Below are positions 26,159 to 38,506 of a stretch of DNA of 64,000 nt, piece after piece; the stretch's first letter is position 1; each line of letters opens with the position of its first letter. Position numbers and translations under genes: made by a program. The notes below the pieces were generated by a model that saw only the letters and a list, made by a program, of their open reading frames with translations, had not been told where the DNA came from and did no database searches. This DNA is from Squalus acanthias (lineage: Eukaryota): assembly GCA_030390025.1 (NCBI GenBank), contig CM059445.1:41230001-41294000 (forward strand), written 5' to 3'.

Positions 26159-27005
26159 GGGCTGGATTTTGTGAATGGAGGCGAGTTGGATGCGGGACAG
26201 CTGCTTGTCGTATCAATGTCCCGCCTCCATCCTCGCCTGACCAACCAGAGGGATTTTCCCCTGATTGACCTTGTTAAGCCCGCCCTGCGGGCTCAGCAGA
26301 CCAATTAGGGAGGAAGTCACTGAAAGAGCACGTCAATGTCTGACGTGCTATCTGTCAAGACTTCTTGAAAGAAGAAATGTCAGCGTTTCACAGCTCTGTG
26401 AAGCTGTCAAACACTGACATTCTTTTTAGTTTGATGAGACCTTCTGTTCAGGACTCATCAAACCTTTCAAATTTGTAAATTTCACATGGCTGTTGGTTTG
26501 GAGGTTCCAACAGCCAGTCTGTGAAATTGACAAGGAGGATGTCAGGTCTCCCGATCCAGCGCGGCTGAAGGCTGTAGGAAGAAAACAAGGTAAGTGAATA
26601 TTTTTAAACACTTATCACTCACCTTACATACTTACCACTCCACACTTGCACCCATCACTCACCTCTACATCTTACTTCCAGGTGCCTTCGACCGCTGCAG
26701 ACCTCCTTCACGTCTCCTCCAACCCGGCGGGGTTCTCCGAGGTCGGGAAGCCTTCACCTGTGAAGGTAAAATGGCACTAATCCTTTTTTTTTGCCTGTTA
26801 ACTATCTGTTAACAGGCACTAAAAAGGATTAAATGCCTTTCCTGCCTCCAGGAGACGGGACCCGAAGCAGCACATCTTCCCGCCTCCTGGCAAAAGGGCA
26901 CGGAGGCGGGATGGGGGCGGGTTTGCCATCCGCCTCCACTTTCTCCTAATTTACCGGCTGTCCCGCCTCCATGCCCGCCTCCTCGGGGCTTGGAAAATTC
27001 AGCCC
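26159..27005. mobile_element. Harbinger-type MITE, family H3
   Basis: TIRs gggctggatttt / aaaattcagccc; reverse-complement homolog of 61019-61849; TSD not evident. Confidence 0.75.
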
Positions 27006-28849
27006 AAAGAGTTAGTTCTTGAATTGTAGTCACTGTTATGATGTAGGTGAATGGGGCATCCATTTTTGAGCACTGCAAGTTCCCACAATGTGGAATGGCA
27101 TAGCAATGAAATTAATGACCAGCTAAACTATTTTTGTTTGTTTGAAGAAAGAGTTAAATGTGATTTTTATTTTCTAATGACCATTCTCAAGATAATCTAC
27201 TTTGAGATTGCAACTTAGCAAAACATGTGACTTTTTTCCCCCTTGTGCTTGTGGTCATGCTGGGGAATGTCACTCAGTGTTAGCATCAAGCACTTTTAGG
27301 TCAGTTGTAGCAAAGGTTTCCTGTTTTTCATTTCCCCCCCAGCCATCTCGTGACCTCTGAGCGTGATAGCCATTTAGTGTCAGTTTTGTGCTGTAGGCCC
27401 AAGCCACTACGAACTAGATTGAGTTCATCCAAACTCATTTCACAAAGGACCTATTAAGCTATCGGCTTGGCCTGGAGTTGATCTCAAGTCCCAGAGCTGA
27501 AAGGCCAATGCCTAATCCTCTGCTCCACACACTTCCCCCAGATATATGAATTTTCTTTTCACTGCTATTTGTCGACATAATTCCTGGGACATTTATAATG
27601 TCTCAGAATAATATTTAAAAAAAGAATGGATGAAAGTACGGTTAAAAAAAAGCAAACACAGAGGAGATAATCAAATTAATTATGCAAGATTGCATACAGA
27701 TGGCAACATGGGATTCTTTTAATATGAGGCTGAGAAGTAGCACATCAGATTGTATCATTTACTGGATAGAGAGAGCATTAATAGACCTGACAGTCTGTTC
27801 TTGTTATTATTTTTGTATGTGGGCCTCATTCAATGGACAGTCTTGAATACTGTGTGGTGTGTCTAGGAATGCGCCTTCTGATGATATCACATGATAGATC
27901 AACCCTGTCCTAGTTAAAAATCCTTTGATTTTTTTTCTACGAAGAGGTCAGGTTCATTGACAAGAGGCGACTAATTGTGAACTGGAGCTCAGAGACTCAC
28001 CCTCAGCAGATCGGCTGTTGGTAAGAGGTGCTCTCGCTGTGGCTGTACGTACCCTGCCAACAACTGCTCCCAACAAGTTACAATCACCTTCCAACTCTCA
28101 GGAGATCATTCCTTGGACCTAATCAAGCGTTCCTCTGAATGTGGATGTGCTGCCCTTGGCACAAATCGATCCAGCGCCCGTTAGTCTGCTCAGTATAACT
28201 GCTGCTAAACAGATCGCTTCTGACAGCTACGGAAGTTGCCGTTAAATTTAACTAGATATAGCAGCTGTGCTTTTGTTTTAGGAAATGTTGCCTCAGGCAG
28301 CCATTCCTTTCTTTTATGTGACAATCAGCAATTCATTTAAAGATATTTGACCTATGATGTAGTCGGTCAAATGCACATTATAATTGCCGCGATATTTTAT
28401 TAAATTCTTTTTGACTAAAAGCCATATTCAAACGCATCTCCTCTGCAATCAATGTTATCCTTTTCAATCTCAGAACACATTTTTAAAAATCTTTTATACT
28501 CAAAAGACTTAACAGCAGCCATCATATGATTCTCTCATTTATTATAAATCGGCTGTAAAGGTCACCCAGTGAGATCCTTCTCTTATATTTTGTTACCAGT
28601 CACATACCTTCGAGTTTAAGCATAGTTTTTTTTTAGTTTTATTGCCTTTTCCCTCCTATTGTCCTGAAAGTTGGACCTCATACTGAGGATCAGACCCACA
28701 GTGCTAACAATCCACAGATACTTCATCAGGGTAGCATTCTTCATTCGTGATAAGGAAGCTATTTGAGGGCATCGCAGCCAAGACTTCTCTTATCTTTAGA
28801 TTATCAGAAAGGGTAGGATTTAGGGGACTCCAAGGCATTCAGGTTCTGG

Positions 28850-29217
28850 CAAAGAGGTGTTTATAATCATGAAGGATTTAGATAGAATAAATCAAGAGGA
28901 ACATTTTCCAGTGGCTGAAAGGTCAATAACCAGAGGGAACACATTGAAGGTGATTGGCAAAAGAATCAGAGGAGACATGAGGAAAAATCCTTTTTATGTA
29001 ACGAGTGTTTAGGATTTGGAATGCACTGCATGATAAGGTGGTGCATACAGATTCACTGGTAGCCTTCAAAAAGGGAATTTGATAAATACTTGAAGGAGAA
29101 AAAAATTGCAGTGGTATGGGGAAAGAGCAGGGGAGTGGGACTAACTGGATTGCTCTTTGAAAGAGCCGACACAGACTCGATGGGCCGAATGTCCTCCTTC
29201 TGTTCTGTACTATTCTT
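28850..29217 (+). mobile_element. CR1 3' fragment (older)
   Basis: Decayed ORF2 end and tail gggccgaatgtcctccttctgttctgtactattct. Confidence 0.75.
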
Positions 29218-29589
29218 ACCCAATGTACAATTACACAAATCTTCCAGCTAGGATAACAAGCAGCGGCAAGTCTCCTGGTTGACTTTTCACCTCTCCAGTC
29301 TAGCTCAGGAAAACCAAGGCAGCACTGACATTGCTGCTGAAATCAGCTAACTCTCCACAAACCACGGATAAATCCTGTGACCTTTCCAGGTTCACTTACC
29401 TGCTCAGCTTTTGTTTTCTTATCTTTTAATGGTTTCAGCCTAAATAAAGCCTTCATTTCACACATTATCAGGTTTCATCTTTTCTTCCGTGCCGAGCGAC
29501 ACATGAGGCAACCCATTTCTTCCATCGTGCTCTGGGTTGTTTCCTTAACAAAGACCCCTTTTTATGTGCACAGGTGGTTAGCCTGACCA

Positions 29590-29799
29590 GGGGGCACTAG
29601 CTAGATGAAATGGGGGACGGTGGGGCGGAGGGGTTGGTGGAGGGGGTCTCCTCTCCACTCCCATCGGATACAAGTACTCCGCTAGATGTCATCCCAGTAT
29701 TCAGAGTCTCTCTTCTCGGTTCACTGGGGTTGTCTGGAGTATGGTTCGAACCTGTAGCTTTCTGACTGAGAGACAGGGATGCTATCACTGTGCCAAGGC
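29590..29799 (-). mobile_element. tRNA-derived SINE head with an unassigned body
   Basis: Minus strand gccttggcacagtgatagc (A box) ... caggttcgaacc (B box). Confidence 0.45.
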
Positions 29800-30139
29800 A
29801 CACTCCGCTATTATGAAGCTTAGTGATTTCAAACTGTTTTACATATTTCCCTTATTAACATATAATTTCATATTAATTATATTTTAAGAATATTTTCATC
29901 AGCTCATCAGTATTTCTATGTGGTACACAACTTCTGTTCAGTCTGTTTCGGGTGTATGCATCTGTCCGACAGCTGTGGTAATTGTTTCAGCTATTCTATT
30001 CATCACTGTCTTGTATTCAGATCCTATATTTTTCCAGTCTTGCTTCCAACGTGACTATTTTCTTCTTTTATTATGCTCTATTATGTTCTGATTATTGAAG
30101 TAGGAAGCCACCCAATACAATGTTGTCCTTGTTTTTTCT

Positions 30140-30350
30140 GTTTGTTCTTGGCAATACAGTATTTATTGTCCATCCCTGGTTGCCTTGAAGGAATTAAGAG
30201 TCAGCCCACTAGTGTAGAACTGGCATCACATTTAGGCCAGGTCAGGCCAGATAAGGTTGGCAGACTGCCTTCTCTGAAAGATACAATAATCCAACTGCTT
30301 TCATGATCATTTTGTTCAGCTGCAGCCCACAAATCACCAAGGCCCCTATT
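30140..30350 (-). mobile_element. Fragment of the SINE family seen at 22445-22838
   Basis: tttattgtccatccct...ttaagagtcagcccac...taggccag...cccacaaatcacca matches that copy. Confidence 0.55.
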
Positions 30351-30352
30351 TT

Positions 30353-30861
30353 TAAGAACATAAGAACATAAGAAATAGGAGCAGGAATAGGCCACTTGGC
30401 CCCTCGAGCCTGCTCCGCCATTCAATAAGATCATGGCTGATCATGGGCTCAAAGCCACTTCCCTGCCCGCTCTCTATAACCCTTCACTCCCTTATCTTGC
30501 AAAAATCTGTCTATCTCCACCTTAAATGTATTTAATGACCCAGCCTCCACGGTTCTCTGGGGCAGAGAATTCCACAGATTTACGACCCTCTGAGAGAAGA
30601 AATTCCTCCTCATCTCACTTCTAAAAGGGCGACCCTTTATTCTGAAACTATGCCCTCGAGTTCTAGATTTCCCCACGAGGGGAAACATCCTCTCTGCATC
30701 TACCTTGTCGAGCCCCCTCAGTATCTTATATGTTTCAATAAGATCACCTCTCATTCTTCTAAATTCCAAAGCGTATAGGCCCAACCTGCTCAACCTTTCT
30801 TCATAAGTCAACCCCCTCATCTCTGGAATTAACCTAGTGAATCGTCTCTGAACTGCCTCCC
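30353..30861 (-). mobile_element. CR1 LINE 3' fragment
   Basis: ORF 30449-30931 EAVQRRFTRLIPEMRGL...WNSLPQ; (cataagaa)n tail; very similar to the end of 55510-57152. Confidence 0.92.
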
Positions 30862-31889
30862 TACAGCCTTGTTTTTTTGAAGCACGAATGGGACAGTAGT
30901 AAGATGAAAATAGCAAAAATAACCTTGCCACTGACTTTCCGCTTTAGGCCTGCCCACTGCGAATTTCGAGCAGGCTTTGATGTAGGCGGCTAGCTCTCTT
31001 GCCAGAAACATGTGGGAGCCTCATTACTGCGTGCAAGTTGATGTCCTAGAACGTAGTTACGAGCTTGATGCTAATTTGGTCGTCTTCAGTGCGGCACCTG
31101 CTCAGGGGTAATCCTGCCCACTATACATAGGCAAGGATCTGGCCAGGACCCGCATCGGTTAAAGGGATTGCTGGAAGCAGGACTAGCAATCTTATTAATG
31201 AATGGTTTTGGAAGTTTTGAGCCTCCAGCATCATCTTAACTGCACTTCCCGTACCTCCCTCATAGTTTTCAAGGCCCTTTATTAATGCTCGCCATTACCC
31301 CTCTCCCCCCCCGCCTCAATCTTCCCAGCCCTCTCCTTTAACATGCAGGCCCGTGTTCTGTGCTGTCCCGCCGGTTTTCTCACCCTCCGAAAACGGCGAG
31401 CTGCCTAACAGCGTTCGAAATGCGTGGGCAATTCTCCAATTCAATGTAAATGAGGCCGGACCATCAAAATGATTCAGGCCTCTCACTGATGACATTGGTC
31501 AGGCGATGCCATCACTCTGCCCACCGCGCGCACATTCTAGACCGATAACCAAATGCCAGGACCAGAGCTACTCAATGTAAATAATTGACTTCAATGAGAG
31601 TTTTGGCATCTTGTCCCCCAAAAATATTCTGGTCGTAATTTTGACCATTCCTAGCATTTCTAATAAAGCTAAAGTCAATACATCTACTATAGCAGCACCG
31701 GGAGCAGTAGTAGGTGATGTGATGCCACAATGGGTAGCAGCAGTACAGAGATAGAAGATGATAGTGTTGAAGCGTGAAACAGGACAGCCCCAGATGAAAA
31801 GTAATGGAAAACTGCCAGAGTGAAGAAGAAATAAATGATTTGTATCATTAAGAATGTTTTTCAATGTAAAAAAATAAGCAAGACCCAGA

Positions 31890-32125
31890 TAGGATCCCCT
31901 AAGGACCCCTTTTTGTCTATCCTATCACAGGCCTTCCTCTTTGTTCTTTCCTCTCCCCACCCCCCACCTTTTCCCTGGCTCTGTATTTGTTTAAACACTG
32001 TTAATCTCTAAATTTTCCAGTTCTGACGAAGGGTCTTCGACCTGAAATGTTAACTCTGTTTCTCTCTCCGCAGATGCTGTCTGACCAGCTGATTGTTTTC
32101 CAGTATTTTCTGTTTTTATTCCAGA
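31890..32125 (+). mobile_element. Penelope-like 3' end / pseudo-LTR
   Basis: Reverse-complement homolog of 32300-32480; contains the hammerhead motif. Confidence 0.7.
32019..32055 (+). ncRNA. Minimal hammerhead ribozyme motif (one CpG-type change in stem III)
   Basis: AGUU-CUGACGA-A-GGGUC UUC GACCU-GAAAU-GUU-AACU. Confidence 0.6.
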
Positions 32126-32299
32126 AATGGGCTCATGATTTACCAGCTCTAATTAGCATATTTATTTATTATTAGGTCTCATTCGCTGTGTTATCATTCA
32201 TCATTTGTTTCCTATCTCCTCATTCAGTTTGATTGATGAGAGTTATGTCACACGGGGAGGGGGAATTTCCATTCATTTGGTCTCTATTTATAGCAAAAC

Positions 32300-32935
32300 A
32301 ATGAACAACAGTAGAAAACGCTGGAAAAACTCAGCAGGCGAGGCAGCATCCGTGGAGAGAGAAACAGAGTTAACGTTTCAGGTCGAAGACCTTTCGTCAG
32401 AACTGGAAACAGCAGGAAATCAAATAGATTTAAGGCAAGGATAAAGCTGGGAAAAGGGGGAGGGGATGAAAGAACAAAAAGAGAGATTAAGAGACATTAA
32501 GAGACATTAAGAGATATTCAAGGCAAGAGGTGATGTTAATGTGACAGGTTAAGGCTGAAAGAAGTGTGAAATGCACTGGCAGAATGAAGGACAGCTGCCA
32601 GCTTCTAGGAGGGAAAAAAAAGGGGGGGGGGGGGTGCAAATAAAAGGGTGGATGAAAAAATAAAATATAAATGTGATTGGGGCTAAGGTTATGATCTAAA
32701 ATTGTTGAACTCGATATTGAGTCCAGAGGGCTGTAGCGTGCCTAAACGAAAGATGAGGTGCTGTTCCTCGAGCTTACACTGCGCTTCCGTGGAACAGCGT
32801 AATAGGCCGAGGATGGTGAGGTCAGAGTGGGAGTGAAGCGGTGAATTAAAGTGACAGGCGACCGGGAGCTCGGGGTCCCCCTTACGGACTGAACAGAGGT
32901 GTTCCGCAAGGTGTTCCGCAAAGCGGTCACCCAAT
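32300..32935 (-). mobile_element. Penelope-like element 3' part (GIY-YIG endonuclease C-terminus plus 3' region)
   Basis: ORF 32689-32934 GDRFAEHL...PVACHFNS..HSHSDL...KLEEQHLIFRLGTLQPSGLN, the PLE GIY-YIG signature. Confidence 0.85.
32368..32404 (-). ncRNA. Minimal type-I hammerhead ribozyme motif, intact
   Basis: AGUU-CUGACGA-A-AGGUC UUC GACCU-GAAAC-GUU-AACU: perfect stem II, stem I AGUU/AACU, loopless palindromic stem III. Confidence 0.7.
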
Positions 32936-33023
32936 CGAACAACAGTGCTGTGTTAATATTCTGGCCACAATTAATGAACGGAGCAAATTTTCCCCTCAAA
33001 CCTGCATCTCACAATGATCATTT

Positions 33024-33437
33024 GCTGTGGCTCAGTTGGTAACACTCTCACCTCTGAGTCAGAAGGTTGTGGGTTCAAGTCCCACTCCAGAGACTTGAGC
33101 ACATAAATCAGGCTGACACTGCAGTGCAGCACCAAGGGAGTGCTACACTGTCAGAGGTGCCGTCTTTTGGATGAGTTGTTAAACCGAGGCCCCGTCTGCC
33201 CTCTCTTGTGGACGTGAAAGATCCCATGGCACTATTTCGAAGAGTAGGTGAGTCCTGGGCAATATTTATCTTTCAACCAACAACATTGAAAAACAGATTG
33301 ACTGGTCATTGCAGTTCGTGACCGTCGCTTTTCCCTACTTTACAACAGTGACTACACTTCAAAAGTATTTCATTGGCTCTGAAGTGTTTTGGGATGTCCT
33401 GAGGACTATATAAATGCAAGTCTTTCTTTCTTTCTTT
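33024..33437 (+). mobile_element. SacSINE1-like DeuSINE, full length
   Basis: A box tggctcagttgg, B box ggttcaagtccc, Deu core, (tttc)n tail. Confidence 0.88.
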
Positions 33438-33820
33438 GCAGCCTGGAACGTGTCTGTGGCATAAAGTTTAAGGGCCACGGTGACCATGATAGCCACAGGC
33501 TGTAGGGGAAAACTTGCTCCGTCCGCTAATTGTGGCGTGGGGTCCCAGTTGCGGCTGCAGTAGCAATAGCTCGGTGGTAGCATCTTTGGTGAAGTGCAGG
33601 TGCCTGACTCCTGGCTCGTTGGTGAAGTTGAGGTAAGTGAAGTGCTCCCTCAAGACCCACTGTGGGTAGAGTCTCCTGCACAGTGCCCGCCTCCTCCCTC
33701 TTCTCCCAGTCGCTCCTGCTCCCTCCCGTATTCTTCGTTGCTTCCCTTTGCCCTCCAGCCCCAAAGGCAGACCTACCAGACCACCGATGACTGCAATAAA
33801 ATTGTTGGGAGCCATTAGCA
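33438..33820 (-). pseudogene. Harbinger transposase N-terminal fragment
   Basis: RRLYPQWVLREHFTYLNF...VRHLHFTKDA and, after a frameshift, PVAIMVTVALKLYATDTFQAA; these align with [18 protein letters not shown]...[19 protein letters not shown] of the 44165 transposase. Confidence 0.75.
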
Positions 33821-34626
33821 AAGGGACTATGGGTCAGCAATATAACTCCAACGGTGATTCTCTCATTTCTGTTTCCTTCAAGCAAGGCTCCTCACTGGGA
33901 ATGCAGGGTCAGTGAATTTACCCTCTGGAGACACTTTGCAATATGAGACTTTGAAGTTTACATTGATTTGTGTTGTTTTTTCCATGTACCATTAATCCAG
34001 AAAATAGAATTATTTAACATTCCTACTTGGACAAGGACAGAAGACAGTATTGGGTGAGGACTTGCAAGACTGCACTGCATTAGACTTCACTAAATATTGC
34101 TTCTATGCATTTAAAACAAGAGAGTTTATAGCATTTACAAAGAGGACACATACTTGGAATTGCAGGCAACATGGAAATAATTCAATCACTGACTAGATCC
34201 GGCAGCAGCCTCTGTGAAGAAATTTGAATATCTGTGCAATGATTTTCTCTGTCAGCAATCGTCAGCAATTTTTGGTGCCCTTTTATATCCAGCGGGTGCA
34301 GTTTGATTGTTCTATTTTAATTTACACCTTGCAGCTATTTTAAGGTCATGGCTTCTCTGGTGTCAATGATAGGCATTTCTGTTTTAGAATGGAGCCTCAC
34401 TCTTATGCCTTAGCATAGTCATGTGGGGGCTAGAGTGGCACAACTGATGAAAAGGATTCTTTTTTAGTCAGTATTTCGTGTAAAGGCCCAACTTCTCAAA
34501 GTGTGGCCTTCTGTGCCATTTCTGGCCCATTATTTCCCATGTCTTCTACCACCCGTGTAATAAGTCATGCCATTGGCATCAGTTAGTTGATGTATTTGCA
34601 TAGGTAAAAGTGGCAAATTTGTTTAA

Positions 34627-35495
34627 CACAATAACAACATGCATTTATATAGCACCTTTAATGTAGTAATATGTTCCAAAGCGCTTCACAGGAGCGTTAT
34701 CAAACAAAATTTGACACTGAGCCACATAAGGAGATATTAGGACACGTGACCAAAAGCTTGGTCAGAAAGGTAGGTTTGAAGGAGCGTCTTAAAGGAAGAG
34801 AGAGAGGTAGAGAGGCGGTGAGGTTTAAGGAGGGAATTCCAGAGCTTAGGGCCCCGGCAGCTGAAGGCACGGCCGCCAATGGTGGAAGCAATGAAAATTG
34901 GGGATATGCAAGATGCAAGATTTGGAGGAGCGCAGAGATCTCAGAAGGGTTGTGGGGCTGGAGGAAGTTGCAGAGACAGGGAGGGGCGAGGTCATGGAGG
35001 GATTTGAAAACAAGGATGAGAATTTTTTTAAATTGAGGCATTGCCAGACTGTGAGCTAATGTAGGTCAGCAAGCACAGGGGTGATGGGTGAGCAGGACTT
35101 GGTGCGAGTTAGGATACGGGCAGCAGAGTTTTGGATGAGCTCAAGTTGACGGATGGTGCAAGGTGGGAGGTCGGTCAAGAGACCACTGGGTTAGTTGAGT
35201 CTAGAGGTAATAACGGCATGGATGTGGGATTCAGCAGTAGTTGAGCTGAGGCAGAGGTAGAGATGGGTGATGTTACGGAGGTGGAAGTAAATGGTCTTGG
35301 TGATGGCGCCAGAAGATCAGCTCAGGATCAAATAGGACGCCAAGCCTGCGAACCATCTAGTTCAGCCTGAGACAGTGGCCAAGGAGGTGTTGGAATGGAT
35401 GGCGAGGAAAATGAGTTTGCGGCGGGGACTGAAGGCAATGGCTTCAGTCTTCCCGATATTTAATTGGAGGAAATAGCTGCTCATCCAACACTGAT
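34627..35495 (-). mobile_element. L2-clade LINE 3' portion
   Basis: ORF 34700-35041 FKKILILVFKSLHDLAPPCL; L2 tail shared with 441-810. Confidence 0.85.
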
Positions 35496-35599
35496 TATAC
35501 AAATTAATTACCAGCCTTACTGCAATAACAGTAACTGCCCAAAGTGGCCCAATGTCTGACAGTCTGAAAAGAGCCTTCTGGTCTCCTCACTCATCTAAT

Positions 35600-35923
35600 C
35601 GTCTTTCGGATGAGACGTTAAACTGAGGCCCCGTCTGCTCTCTCAGGTGGATGTAAAAGATCCCATGGCACTATTTTGAAGAAGAGCAGGGGAGTTATCC
35701 CGGTGTCCTGGCCAATATTTATCCCTCAATCAACATAACAAAAACAGATTATCTGGTCATTTTCACATTGCTGTTTGTGGGAGCTTGCTGTGCGCAAATT
35801 GGCTGCCGCGTTTCCCACATTACAACAGTGACTACACTTCAAAAGTACTTCATTGGCTGTAAAGCGCTTTGAGACATCCGGTGGTCGTGAAAGGCGCTAT
35901 AGTAATGCAAGTCTTTCTTTCTT
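35600..35923 (+). mobile_element. SacSINE1-like, 5'-truncated
   Basis: Deu core and tail nearly identical to the other copies. Confidence 0.88.
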
Positions 35924-36792
35924 TAATATATTTCTTTCTTAGCACAGGCGATCTGCTGGTTTAGTATTAACCACTTTAGTCAATTTTATTAAGTATTGTT
36001 GTGGATATTCTTGCTTCAACATATCTTGTATTGCATTGTTTCTGTGGTGTTGTATTCAAACACTGCACCCACAGTAGATACAACAGGTATCACCATCTTT
36101 CTCCCAAAATAAACAGCTTCAGCCCTTTCTTTTCCTATTCAGTAGCTCTTTTTGTAGTGTTGGAACTAATTAGTAGAACCATGTTTCCTGTTGGGCAGCT
36201 AATTATTTCAATTGTGGTGCAGGAACAAGAGCATGATACTTTTCAAGGAGCTTGTCACTGCAATGGTTTGGATAAAGCGCGGGAAATGTTTACTTTAAAG
36301 GACATTCTTTTTCATTTCGGACATGCATAATCTAAGTCAGGAAGAAAATCTCTTAAAAAAGTTTAAGCACTGTACTTTACATACATGTTAGTTGTTGCCA
36401 GGGTGAACTGTATTGTGCAAAGAGCACAAAAACATGCAGTGGACGGTGGGTTTGTGCTGTTAATTCCCACACCACTGAGTTCCCAATCTCGGCTGCATCA
36501 CCCTGTGGAAGTATTGAGTGAAGACCATATGATCCCCTGCAAAGAATGGGAAGACTGGAGGGACAGATATTTCTGGGTCATTATAATGCACTTCCCAATT
36601 GCTAGTACAGTGCAACCCAGAGAGAGTGCTGATGTTATATGTATGGAACTGGGTTTGAATAAAATTAAAGAGAAATAGCTGATTTTACCAGAGCACTCTG
36701 CATTGTGTTTATTCACAGCCATGTTCGAACTGATGCGTTACCTCCCAGCTAAGAGCTTACCCAATGATTAACTGTATTACTTCCAGGACTAG

Positions 36793-36806
36793 GCTCCCTC
36801 TGCTGG
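36793..36806 (-). promoter_or_regulatory. Candidate CTCF motif
   Basis: Minus strand CCAGCAGAGGGAGC is close to the CTCF core CCASYAGRKGGCRS; motif match only. Confidence 0.3.
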
Positions 36807-38506
36807 ATGCATAGGCAATTTCAGGATCTTGTTTTAGGCCTCAGTTATACTGCTACTTTTGCATTGATGCAAAGCAGTTTCGGGTGTGCATCAATGTGAA
36901 AGTGGCAGCCAAATCTGGCGTCACATCCATATCTGACTCCTGGATGTGCTAAAGCCAACTGGTGTGCGAACCTCTCTGGAGGCTCTCTCACACTGCTTGG
37001 GCTTCACTCCAGTTGCAGTATAACTTCAATCTGGCGTTAAATTCGTTTAAAAAGTGTTCAGGTGGTCCACTGGATCTCCTAACTTCTTAATTTTGAGAGA
37101 AAACAGACACTACTACCTGTCTTTTGGTATCAAAAAGTAGCCAGCAAGGAAGCAGAGCTGTGTACGTGCATGTAAACACCTGGCTGGCAGAAAGTGAATT
37201 GCAGCATCCAGTTGTGCTTCATGCTCTATAACTACCAGTCCCAGGCAGAATGTGAATTGCAGCCTGCAGTATAACTCTGGTCCTGCTGGTTGCACTTCCC
37301 GCTCTATGACGACCAATCTAAGAGTAAGTCACCGACCAGTCCTCTCAGCTGCAACTGCCACATGGCCCAAGATACAATTCCTCGGGTTCTGTGAGCTCCC
37401 TGATGAAGGTACAGAGTTAATATAAAAGTAATGGATTTTTTTTTAATCCATGTTACGCCAAGATTTCACCTTATCTGCAGCCATTATATCACATATAAGA
37501 TATGCTCATGATGTGATAAAAGAAGAGGAAAGAGTCGTGTGTTTTATAATTAAATCTATGACTCTATAACTGAATACTCAAATACTCCATATAAAGTCGT
37601 GAAACATGGCTTTTCTTTCACTAACATTAAGGTCTTTTTATAACTCACTTGTGGGATAAAACCTGCACTTCACATTTAGATATAGAACACTTTGTTGTCC
37701 ATAGCTCTTTAGTCTATTAGCTCCCTTTGTTGTCTTATTTGAAAGCAGCTGTTCATGCTCACAGAGTACTGTACAATGACATCCATTTTTAACATTCTTA
37801 CCTGAATTCATTGAGGAACACAATTTGCCATCGACACGAAAGCTGCCCTACCACTTTCCGATGACAAAGATTAAACAATGTTTTCTTCCAGAGATGAATG
37901 ACATAATATTCCTTTGCACCTCAACCTTTTGGAGCATTTGATACTTCTGACACTATGCATGACAAAGAATGTCTGCAAGATTACAAAGGTTTTTAGCTGC
38001 CATGTCCACCTTTCTGAATCACTGTATTTTGCTTTCTCATTACACACACACACACACAGTGTTACAGAAAGGATAATGTATGTCATTAAGGGTTTAATGC
38101 AGATTTTATTTTTAGTCAGCAAAGACATTAAGGCACTAAAGATTTAGGTCATGGTAGTTATCATTTCAAATTATTGATCTCCCATGGTCTCCCGTGGGAC
38201 TGGTGAATTTACACTCCAGTTAGTATCCTTTTAACACTGTGCATCTAACTAATGCAGACTGCTTGGCTTGAGGTTCATTTCAAATCTATTTAATATATTA
38301 AAAGCTTTATGTATAGCACGTGACACACTTTAAATGTGACCATAAAAGCTGTTATGCTTTTCAATCAAAAAAAGCATACCAATATTCATTGTTAAGACCT
38401 ACTCCTGCTCCTATTTCTTATGTTCTTGTGACTCGTGCATGGCCACTTAGACCACTTGAGTTGCTGGAAGGGTGAAATATTGGAATTGGATCCAGCAAGA
38501 GTCAAT

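Noticed and set aside
30925-31560. Further decayed MITE-like GC-moderate segments (also 58929-59525 and 3217-3581)
   Set aside because: Termini and TSDs could not be fixed with confidence.
37802-37920. Minus-strand exon ending at a strong donor (cag|gtaaga)
   Set aside because: No convincing acceptor or recognisable peptide.
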